Of a stretch of DNA of 59,884 nucleotides, positions 1 through 8,227 are shown one piece after another (within the stretch, counting starts at the first letter, position 1; every line of letters starts with the position of its first letter). Made by a program: the position numbers and the translations under genes. Origin of the DNA: an uncultured Puniceicoccaceae bacterium (lineage in GTDB: Bacteria > Verrucomicrobiota > Verrucomicrobiia > Opitutales > Puniceicoccaceae); assembly GCA_964633135.1 (NCBI GenBank), contig CAZWFJ010000001.1:1-59884 (forward strand), read 5' to 3'. The notes beneath the pieces are model-generated. The model searched no databases. It was given only the letters and a program-made list of their open reading frames with translations, and had not been told where the DNA came from.

Positions 1-112
1 CGAACTCACCCCTCACGGCTGGATCAAGTCAAAGAACAACTGAGTCCGAGAACTCGAGCCAGGGAAGTATCTCATATCGGCAGCCGCAGCGCTATATGCG
101 GGAAAAGAGCAC

Positions 113-631
113 TTACATATCAACAGCACCATTACTATCAAAATTAGCATTCCAACCATTATACACATTAGTTGTTGGACTTCCAGGTTCAATACTATAT
201 CCAATGTCACTTAAAAATGTTTGAAAATCATTGCCATACAACGTTGGAACTTGATATGAAGACCATAATAGATCAGCAAGTTGCGAATCAAGTCGTAAAG
301 AATCGTAAGTAGCTCCAGTATCATTATTAGTAATATCGGCATCTATACTTACAAGTGAACTGTTTTCAATAATCCCATTCGGGCTTGTCATTATAACCAT
401 ATAGCCCTTCGCAGGCAGCAAGCACAGGGCCGCGAGAACCAGTTGCCGGACGAGACCTGCCAACCCGTGCAGCGGAGAGATGCGGGCGATCCCGGGTTGC
501 CTGGCGCGATACGATTTTCGTTGCGAAGCGCGACGTTTCCCGGCGGGCGGGTGCCCGACCGCATGGGAGCGGCGGGCGCGAATGCGAAGGGCGGCGGAGA
601 AGAAGGTCGGCTGGATCATGATGGTGGGCAT
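113..631 (-). CDS. Putative secreted protein with long basic leader and AT-rich mature part; probably 3'-truncated
   Basis: 172-aa ORF; Arg-rich N-terminus then hydrophobic LVRQLVLAALCLLPAKG signal-like segment; codons become abruptly AT-rich below about position 405; ends without a recognisable C-terminal motif. Confidence 0.4.
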   Translation of the reverse strand: MPTIMIQPTFFSAALRIRARRSHAVGHPPAGKRRASQRKSYRARQPGIARISPLHGLAGLVRQLVLAALCLLPAKGYMVIMTSPNGIIENSSLVSIDADITNNDTGATYDSLRLDSQLADLLWSSYQVPTLYGNDFQTFLSDIGYSIEPGSPTTNVYNGWNANFDSNGAVDM

Positions 632-770
632 AGAGGTTGAAAACGGTAACGGGAGGAGTGAAAAAAATCGGAAAAATTCTTAGGGAAGCAGGATGCCTGC
701 CGCAATCCGAAACATTCGTCCAGGATCATTCAGGGCGTAACCAGAAGTGCGGGGGACAGGGAGAAGTCTT

Positions 771-1333
771 TGTGGGAGCGGGTTTACCCCGCGAAAACAG
801 GGGCCAGAACGCCACATCATTGCCGTTATTCGCGGCATCCCTTCGACAAGCTCAGGACAAAGAAAGCCGCTCCCACTCCCCGCACTTCTGGTTACACCCG
901 ATCATTCACCAGGGAAACCCCATGGAAAACGAACCTCCGTGGGAGGGTCCCGCGGACGCGGGACCCCGATTGGGAGGCCCTGATGCACCCTCGCTGCGAT
1001 CCGTATCGGGGCATAAAGCCCCTCCCACGGCTATCCGCAATTTCTTGTGGGAGGGGGTTCATCCCCCGATCCGGGGTCGAAATGATGCTTCCTGACTCCC
1101 ATCGGGGCATAGGTTCGACATCGCTCACCTCGGGAAAGCCCCTCCCACCCACATCGGCCATCTTTTGTGGGAGGGAGTTTATCTCCCGATCTGCCTTTTT
1201 TGTGGGAGGGGGTTTACCCCCCGATTCAAGCGGACCGAAGGCACGTTTACTGCGATCCGTATCGGGGCATAAAGCCCCTCCCACGGCTATCCGCAATTTC
1301 TTGTGGGAGGGTCCCGCAGACGCCGGACCCCAA
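771..1333. repeat. Cluster of about 10 REP-type palindromes (GTGGGAG[C/G]GG..CCCC..GA) in mostly alternating orientation, BIME-like
   Basis: Units at about 771(+), 829(-), 939(+), 1005(-), 1046(+), 1101(-), 1166(+), 1201(+), 1261(-), 1302(+); ~60-bp direct repeat 995-1055 vs 1251-1311. Confidence 0.85.
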
Positions 1334-1494
1334 TTCCTGCTCCCCCATCCGCGCCCATCCGCGTGATCTGCGGTTTAAAAATTCCCTCCTCTCCAACGCC
1401 ACGCACCGACCGCTGCCGCCCCGGAACCAACGCAGCGGCTCTCGAACATCGCCTTTGAGAGGACTGCGGATGGCGCGGCCAAAAGGCAGCCAAC

Positions 1495-1538
1495 CCGCCT
1501 TTCCCGGGCAAGGCTAAAGCCATACCCCACGTGGGTGG
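1495..1538. repeat. Dispersed palindromic repeat CGGGCAAGGCT(A/G)AAGCCAT(A/G)CYCCAC
   Basis: Related copies at about 1505-1538, 3704-3736, 22460-22541 (with 48-nt insert) and degenerate 34951-34976. Confidence 0.7.
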
Positions 1539-1614
1539 TGGTCCGGCAGTGGGCGGACGCCCGCCAGGACGTCAGCCGATCGTCAGTCGCGGCGCAAGGC
1601 CATTCCCCTCCGGC

Positions 1615-2751
1615 TCAATCGAGGACCGGTAGTTCACCCTTCAAAGGGAGCGCCTGGATTCGGTCGCCCAAGGGGTAATCACGCTCTCCCGGATAGACGA
1701 CATAAAGTTTTCGAAGCTTCAGGTCCTGCAAGGCGATATCCATCGAACGGGTGCGTTTGGGTGCATCCTGCCGCTTGATTTCGAAACCGACCGAAGCAGT
1801 CGGAAAATACAGGTCCAGCTCGGAGCCGCTGTGGATTGCGTAAAAGTAGGCGTCCTCGCCCGCGTAGTGTCGCAGGAGCACTTCAAGCGCGAAGCCCTCC
1901 CAGGAAGCACCGAGCTTCGGGTGGCTGACCAGTGCCTCCATGTCGCGAATGCCCAACAGGGCGTGCAGTAGGCCACTGTCGCGCAGATAGATTTTCGGGG
2001 ATTTTACCAACCGCTTGCCTACGTTCACATACCACGGTGCCAGTCGCCGAACCATGAAGGTCTGCTCCAAGGCGTCGAGGTAGTTGCGGGCCGTCTGCGG
2101 GTTGACACCGAGAGAGGCCGCGATCTCGCTGCCGTTCCAGATCTGACCGTGATAGTGGGAGAGCATCGTCCAGAACCGGCTGATCGCGGTGGAGGCGATG
2201 CGGAAGCCGAGCTGCGCGATGTCGCGTTCGACAAAGGTGCGGATGAATTGTCGCCGCCACTCGTAGCTGGCGGCCTCGTCGAGGGCGAGAAAGGACCGGG
2301 GGAAGCCGCCCCGCATCCAGAGCTGGTGCGGGTCCTTGCCCCCGATCTCGCCCAGGCCGAAGCCCGACATCTCGATGATCTCCACCCGCCCGGCGAGCGA
2401 CTCGGACGCTTGTCGGGTTAATTCGGGAGAAGCGCTCCCCAGAATCAGGAAACGGGCCGCCATCTCCGTACGGTCCGCCAGCACTCGCAGCACGGGGAAA
2501 ATACCCGGCTGCCGCTGGGCCTCGTCGATGATGATCAAACCCCGGAGCGGATCCAGCGTGCTCATCGGGTCTTCCAGGGCTTGGGCGACGCTGGGATCCT
2601 CCAGGTCAAAGTAGTGGACGGACGCCCCGCTTTCCAAATAACGCCGTGCCAAGGTGGTCTTGCCGCACTGCCGCGGACCGACCAGCGCGACTACCGGATT
2701 GCGCGACAAGGCAGTCCGCACCCGTTCCAGATAATCCTTACGCTCCAGCAT
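1615..2751 (-). CDS. AAA_14 family ATP-binding protein with C-terminal DUF4143 domain
   Basis: Walker A GPRQCGKTT, Walker B IIIDEAQ, LGSAS, ESLAGR, KRLVKSPKIYLRDSGL, C-terminal ELDL..FEIK nuclease-like motif. Confidence 0.9.
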   Translation of the reverse strand: MLERKDYLERVRTALSRNPVVALVGPRQCGKTTLARRYLESGASVHYFDLEDPSVAQALEDPMSTLDPLRGLIIIDEAQRQPGIFPVLRVLADRTEMAARFLILGSASPELTRQASESLAGRVEIIEMSGFGLGEIGGKDPHQLWMRGGFPRSFLALDEAASYEWRRQFIRTFVERDIAQLGFRIASTAISRFWTMLSHYHGQIWNGSEIAASLGVNPQTARNYLDALEQTFMVRRLAPWYVNVGKRLVKSPKIYLRDSGLLHALLGIRDMEALVSHPKLGASWEGFALEVLLRHYAGEDAYFYAIHSGSELDLYFPTASVGFEIKRQDAPKRTRSMDIALQDLKLRKLYVVYPGERDYPLGDRIQALPLKGELPVLD

Positions 2752-2853
2752 TAGGTTGAATATTGCTAAATTGTTTCGGGAATTTCAAGTCAAATACCCG
2801 GACAATCGCTCGGAATCAAAATGGGTCTCCCCGCATGGAATCAGAGGCGGGTT

Positions 2854-2920
2854 ACTGAACCACCTACTCTCGCTCGAACATACACCGGACGAAGCCGATT
2901 TCCTCGCGGCGGAGGTAGAG
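2854..2920 (-). pseudogene. 3'-end remnant of a DoxX-family paralogue
   Basis: Matches 20386-20452; encodes LYLRREEIGFVRCMFERE*, identical in protein to the C-terminus of the DoxX gene but with nucleotide differences. Confidence 0.75.
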
Positions 2921-3050
2921 GAAAGTGAAGGACAGCCATCCTTTCCCGGCTTACCTGGATCTGGGCAAATGGTTGAATCAGAATTACCTGGATGGTTTAG
3001 GATGACCTCGTGAATCGATGGGTGTCCCAGAATGAAATTTCGAGCTTTGG

Positions 3051-3671
3051 CTAATCCTTTGCCTCGCGGGCCGCTTCGAGAAGAGCTTCGCCGGAGAGTC
3101 GTTCCTTATAGTCCGGATTGTAGTAGCGGAAATCGACTGTGCCGTCGCGGCCGATGAGGAAGACCGCCGGGACGGGCAGGAGATGGTGGTCTTCGCCGGA
3201 GGCGGCCTCGAGATCGATGCCGTATCCGAGCAAGTTTTCGTAAGTTTCGGCGTCGACCCGGAAAGCCAAGCCGAAGGCCCGGGCGGCTTCTGCGGACGCA
3301 TCGGAGTACAGCGAGTAATCCACCTCGCCGTCGGCAACGGTCTCGGCCACCTTTTCCGGCTTGTCAGGCGAGACGGCGTGAATGCAGTAGCCGAGATCCT
3401 TGAGTTCGTCTTTGATTTCGCCGAGGTCGGAGAGATGGCGGCTGCAATAGGGGCACCAACTGCCGCGGTAAAAGACGAGGACGGCCGGTTGGTCCGCGAC
3501 CAGGGCGTGCAATCGGACCGGGGTGCCGTCGGCCCGGGTCAGGGTGACGTCTGGAGCCGTCGAACCGACATCGACGGGATTGACCTCGTTCGCGTCGGCC
3601 GGAACGGCCTGAAGGGGTGCAAGGCCGGGGAGGACGAAGAGGATGGTTAAGGAAACGGTTGGGATCTTCAT
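3051..3671 (-). CDS. Exported AhpC/TSA family peroxiredoxin-like protein
   Basis: Signal peptide MKIPTVSLTILFVL; VLVFYRGSWCPYC redox motif; LPVPAVFLI. Confidence 0.88.
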   Translation of the reverse strand: MKIPTVSLTILFVLPGLAPLQAVPADANEVNPVDVGSTAPDVTLTRADGTPVRLHALVADQPAVLVFYRGSWCPYCSRHLSDLGEIKDELKDLGYCIHAVSPDKPEKVAETVADGEVDYSLYSDASAEAARAFGLAFRVDAETYENLLGYGIDLEAASGEDHHLLPVPAVFLIGRDGTVDFRYYNPDYKERLSGEALLEAAREAKD

Positions 3672-3744
3672 GATTCGAACACCATTTACCTGTCCCCCGT
3701 TTGCGGGCAAGGCTGAAGCCATGCTCCACAGTGGGGATTTCCTC

Positions 3745-4322
3745 TCATCGGGAGTCGACGCTTTTTGAATCACCTGTCTCACGAATCACCAGCGAGCGAA
3801 TTTCGGTCATGTCCTCGATGGCATAGCGGACTCCCTCGCGGCCGACGAGATTGAGGGGAAAGTTGAACGGGGTGATGAAGGCGCAGGGGCCGACCGGCAC
3901 CCGTTTGGTGAAGCCGCGGTAGCCCCGGGTGCGCTCGCCAATCTCGAGGTTGAGCACCTCGCCGTTGGGATTTTGCGCTTCGCGGGCGGCGATGCGAAAA
4001 GTGTCGATGAGCCGCGTGACCTCCCCGCGGCTGTCCTGAATGGGCTTGCCCGCTTCGATTCGCAGGATTTCGGCCAGCTCCTCCGCCCGCTCCTCGAATC
4101 GGCGGACGCAGTGGAAAAGCACCGCCTCGCGCTGGTAGGGGGCGCCATCCGAGCCATGGGACCGGCGGCCTCCACCGCAGCGGTAATGGCTCGCCCGACC
4201 GTGTTCGAATCGGCCCTCCGCACCCGGGCGGCCACGGTGCGGTGGAATTTGTTGCGGACCTCGAGAAGGTCGCCGGAGGTCCGGGCGCGGTTGGCCAGAT
4301 AGATCGGGTATTCGGAGTTCAT
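3745..4322 (-). pseudogene. Aldehyde dehydrogenase pseudogene (frameshift plus large internal deletion)
   Basis: MNSEYPIYLAN start, frameshift near 4140, EAGKP and ITPFNFPLNLV fused directly to C-terminal GREGVRYAIEDMTE; catalytic core absent. Confidence 0.88.
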
Positions 4323-4517
4323 GAAAAGGTTGTATCGGGAGGGGAGATTCAGGACGAAGGGTAGGGGAGAATATTCCGCAGGCGGATCGATTCCTTCCTC
4401 CGTTCCCCGTTGAGTCGTTGTACCCATGAAAAAAGAGCGGAAAAAAACCGGTCTCCGCAGAATCAAATTTTGACAGAAGCGGGAACAGGTGCAATCATTC
4501 ACCTGTTTTCGATTCCA

Positions 4518-4958
4518 ATGCCCGCCTTTAAATCTCTCCTCAACAGTTTCCTCGCCGTGATCGTTTTCGCGGCGGCTTTGCTGGGTTCGCCGGTCTACTG
4601 TGTGGGCATGGGAGATTTGTCGGGCCGGGCGATGCCGTCGCCGGAATCGCGTTCGTGCTGTTCTTCGACCGGATCGGAGGAGGCACCGGCTCAGCCCGTC
4701 GATTCGAGCGGTTCCGGTGAATGTGGCTCCTGCCCTTTCATGTCGGGGTCGATCGACAGCAAGAGCCCCTCTCTGGAACTGCCCTCTCCGAAGATAAGTC
4801 GGTTGCTTGAGCTTCCGGAGTGGTGGACGGCTGACAACGTCTATCGCGCGAGTGTCGCGGGGCCGTTGGCGGCCAATCCGAAGTTTCGATCGCGAATGCC
4901 GGAAGTGTTCGGCCGATCATCCGGGCTTCGGACGCATCTCTGCGTCTATTTGATTTGA
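4518..4958 (+). CDS. Cys-rich small exported/membrane protein upstream of metal efflux operon
   Basis: Hydrophobic N-terminus, SCCS and CGSC motifs, C-terminal HLCVYLI; TTGACA-17-AATCAT promoter-like motif near 4470-4498. Confidence 0.6.
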   Translation: MPAFKSLLNSFLAVIVFAAALLGSPVYCVGMGDLSGRAMPSPESRSCCSSTGSEEAPAQPVDSSGSGECGSCPFMSGSIDSKSPSLELPSPKISRLLELPEWWTADNVYRASVAGPLAANPKFRSRMPEVFGRSSGLRTHLCVYLI

Positions 4959-5121
4959 TTCATTTGAGCGAGCCCGTGCCGAGGCGCGGGCTGGAGTACG
5001 AGCCAATCCCGTTGGCTTGAACTGCGGTTGGGATCCTTTCCGGGAACAACCGCGCCAGTATTCCGGAGATTCCGGTTGAAATCCGGACTTCGGTCGAACC
5101 CCGCTCATTCTGAATCCAATC

Positions 5122-6426
5122 ATGAAAGACAAATTGATCTCTTTTTCGGTCGTCCTCCTCTGGAGCGCCGCCCCCTGGAGCCTTCCCGGTCAGGTTGCGG
5201 AACCTGCTCCGCTGTCCGCCTACCTCGATGAAGCCATCGCCAACGATGCCGAAATCGCCGCCGCCCGCCTGCGCTGGGAGTCGGTGAACGCCGAGGTGCC
5301 CGTCGCGAGTTCGTTGCCCGATCCCGAGCTGGCTTACGGCTATTTCTTTTCGCCGGTGGAGACGCGGGTTGGCGCACAGAACCAGAAATTCGGCCTGTTC
5401 CAGAAAATTCCGTGGCCCGCACGATTGGGCGAACGGCGACGTCTTGCCGAGTCGGGTGCCGAGGTGGCCTATTTTCAATATCTCGCCACGGTGAGGGAGC
5501 GGACGGCCGCCGCCAAAACGGCCTGGATTCGCGCCGCCGCCATCGATGCCCGAATCGGTATTCTGGAACGGCAATTTACCCTCCTCGAGGACGCACTGTC
5601 GACCGTGGACAATCGCTTCGCCACCGGGCGCGGTGCCCTGGCCGACCGATCCCTGATGCGCCAGCAACTGACGCAACTCGAGTCCCGGCGCCTCGCCCTG
5701 CGGGGTGAACGGGAGGCGGCATGGAGTGCCCTGCGGCGTTTTGCGCCCGAGCCAACGGGCGACCGTCATCCGTCCCTCGATTCGATCGAGACACGACCCC
5801 TGCCGGAGCGGGCCGATCTCGCGCGGATGTTGCGCGAGAACAGCGAGCGTTTGCAGGTGCGGTCGGCGGAGGTGGTCGCCGCCGAGCGGGCTCATGAGGT
5901 GGCGCGATTGGCAGGTTATCCCGATATCACCGTGGGAGTGGAGTACACCCAGGTGAGCCGACGGAGGTCCGCCGATCCGCCGGAGAATGGCCAGGATGCC
6001 GTTATGGGCAGTGTCCGTATCAGTATCCCGATCTGGCGCGGCAAATACAACGCCCTCGAAAAAAGTGCCCGCCATGCGCTATCCTCCGCCCAGGAGCGCG
6101 AGCGGAGCACCCTGGACGATCTTCTCCAGCAGATGGATCGGCAATACGCAAAAGCCGATGCGCTGCAGGATCAGGTGCGGCTCTACGAAGAGCGGCTCCT
6201 TCCGCAAACGAGGGAGACTTTCGAGGCTACCCTCGCCGGGTTCGGCAGTGGCCAGGCAGACGCCCTCCGGTGGATCGAGGCCCAGCGCGATCTGCTTGAT
6301 GCCGAAATGGGCCTCGTTCTCCTGAAGAGCGAATCCCTCATAGTCCTCACCGAACTCGAACGCACGGCGGCGATTCGGTTGATCGGCGAAAACGTCCGAA
6401 CCGCCGCGCGACATTCACAAGAGTAA
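5122..6426 (+). CDS. TolC-family outer membrane efflux protein (CusC-like)
   Basis: Signal peptide, LPDPEL, QKIPWP, YPDITVGVEY, ISIPIW motifs; first gene of RND operon. Confidence 0.88.
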   Translation: MKDKLISFSVVLLWSAAPWSLPGQVAEPAPLSAYLDEAIANDAEIAAARLRWESVNAEVPVASSLPDPELAYGYFFSPVETRVGAQNQKFGLFQKIPWPARLGERRRLAESGAEVAYFQYLATVRERTAAAKTAWIRAAAIDARIGILERQFTLLEDALSTVDNRFATGRGALADRSLMRQQLTQLESRRLALRGEREAAWSALRRFAPEPTGDRHPSLDSIETRPLPERADLARMLRENSERLQVRSAEVVAAERAHEVARLAGYPDITVGVEYTQVSRRRSADPPENGQDAVMGSVRISIPIWRGKYNALEKSARHALSSAQERERSTLDDLLQQMDRQYAKADALQDQVRLYEERLLPQTRETFEATLAGFGSGQADALRWIEAQRDLLDAEMGLVLLKSESLIVLTELERTAAIRLIGENVRTAARHSQE

Positions 6427-6445
6427 ACTCGAAAAACAAAACCAG

Positions 6446-8227
6446 ATGAAAACACCTTCCTTTCTTTTCCGGGCCATCGCTGCAGCCCTTTCCCTCGGCC
6501 TTCCCGCAACGCTACCGGCCCAGCACGACCATACCGCGATGCCGCCGGAGGAATCGGAGGCGTCGGCAGACGAAACGCTCTACCAGTGCTCCATGCACCC
6601 GAACATCGTCAGCGACGAGCCGGGGCAATGCCCGATCTGCGCGATGGACCTCCAGCCCGTCGAGCGGATCGAGGCCGAGGGCCTCCCCGGCCGCGCACCG
6701 GTCCGCCTGACCGAACGGCAGCGTCAACTGATCAACCTCGTCACCGCGCCCGTCGTGCGCGAACCGATCACCCTCCGCCGCTCGGTGCCCGGCGTGCTCG
6801 TCCACGACAGCAGCCGCGTGTTCACGGTGGCCGCCTGGGCAGGCGGTCGCATCGAGAAGCTGTACGTGAACGAGACCGAGGCCGATATCGAGGTCGGTGA
6901 CCCTCTCTACCGCATCTACAGTCCGGAAATATTTGCCGCCATGGAAGACTTCCTGCTCGTGAGTCGCAGAACGGAAGCCGATCCGCAGCTCCTTCGCTCA
7001 GCCCGCTTTCGGCTCGAGCAAATGGGGCTGACCGCCGGACAAATCGATGAACTGGCGAAGCGTGAGACCCCGCCGCCAGCCATCGACATCCTCTCGCGGG
7101 TGACGGGCAAGGTCATGTCCAAACATCTTAAAGAGGGCCAATACGTGCGCGAGGGCGATCAACTCTACGAAGTGGTCGATCTCTCCGAGCTCTGGCTCAT
7201 TGCCGAAATCTACCAGTCGGAACTGCCCTACGTCTCCGAGGGCCAACAAGTCGCCATGAGCCTGCCCGGCGATTCGACCCGCACCTTCGCCGGTCGGATC
7301 GACCGCATCGAGCACCACATCGCCGCCGCCACCCGCACCGCCCGGCTGCGCATCGTTTTCGAAACACTCGACTCCGGGGCTGCCCACCAGCACGCCCACG
7401 GCCTGCTGCCGGATATGTGGATGCGCGCCCACCTGGAAACCGATCTCGGCGAGCAGCTGACGATCCCGCCCTCGGCGCTCTTCGATACCGGCAAGCGACA
7501 GTATGTCTTCGTCGAACAGGAACCGGGGCTCTTCGTGCCACGACTCGTCGAGACCGGCGCCCGCTCCGCCGACCGCCTGGTCGTGCGCTCCGGCCTCGAA
7601 GCCGGCGAGACGGTGGCGGCGGAAGGCACCTTCCTCCTCGACAGCGAGAGCCTGCTCAAGGCTTCCGCCTCGGGCTCCGAGGACGGCACGTCGGCAAAGG
7701 GTGAGACGGACGCCAACTCCGACGGTTCGAGCGATGCCAACGCTCCCGCCGGATTTTCGCCCGAAGCCAAGGCTGCCGTGGATCGCCTCTGGGAACCTTA
7801 TTTCGCCCTGGGCGATGCCCTCTTCGACGATCGCGGCGAGGCCGCGCGGGCCACCCTCTCGGAGTTGAAAGTCGCGCTCGATGCCTTGCGCGCCGATGGG
7901 CTCGCCCCCGCCGTGGGCCGCGAGCCGTGGCGAAACTGGCTCGACGAAACGGCGGCGGACCTGGCCGAGATTCCCGAGGCCGACGACTTGAAGGCCCTGC
8001 GTATCCGCTTCGGTCGGATGAGCGAAGCCTTGAAGCAGTTATCGCAAGACATCCCGGAGCTGCGCCCAGAGGATCTCGTCGTGGCCAGCTGCCCGATGTG
8101 GCACGAGACCGACGGCGAGTGGATTCAGCGCGGCGAGACCGTGCGCAATCCCTTCATGGGTCAGGCCATGCCCGCCTGCGGCGTGATCGAACGCCCGCTC
8201 GGTGAGGCGAAAGGAGGTGCCCGATGA
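6446..8227 (+). CDS. cusB: CusB-like RND periplasmic adaptor with N-terminal heavy-metal-binding domain and C-terminal DUF3347-like domain
   Basis: YQCSMHP...CPICAMDL; GRIEKLYV, YSPE, FLLDSES; C-terminal CPM..W..NPFMG..M..CG. Confidence 0.88.
   Translation: MKTPSFLFRAIAAALSLGLPATLPAQHDHTAMPPEESEASADETLYQCSMHPNIVSDEPGQCPICAMDLQPVERIEAEGLPGRAPVRLTERQRQLINLVTAPVVREPITLRRSVPGVLVHDSSRVFTVAAWAGGRIEKLYVNETEADIEVGDPLYRIYSPEIFAAMEDFLLVSRRTEADPQLLRSARFRLEQMGLTAGQIDELAKRETPPPAIDILSRVTGKVMSKHLKEGQYVREGDQLYEVVDLSELWLIAEIYQSELPYVSEGQQVAMSLPGDSTRTFAGRIDRIEHHIAAATRTARLRIVFETLDSGAAHQHAHGLLPDMWMRAHLETDLGEQLTIPPSALFDTGKRQYVFVEQEPGLFVPRLVETGARSADRLVVRSGLEAGETVAAEGTFLLDSESLLKASASGSEDGTSAKGETDANSDGSSDANAPAGFSPEAKAAVDRLWEPYFALGDALFDDRGEAARATLSELKVALDALRADGLAPAVGREPWRNWLDETAADLAEIPEADDLKALRIRFGRMSEALKQLSQDIPELRPEDLVVASCPMWHETDGEWIQRGETVRNPFMGQAMPACGVIERPLGEAKGGAR

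Noticed and set aside
771..1333. CRISPR array
   Set aside because: Repeats alternate in orientation, vary in sequence and have irregular, partly repeated spacers; no cas genes; fits REP/BIME
637..1523. ORFs 637-1095, 770-1366, 892-1296, 1167-1517
   Set aside because: Translations of palindromic repeats, not protein-like; no RAYT transposase motifs
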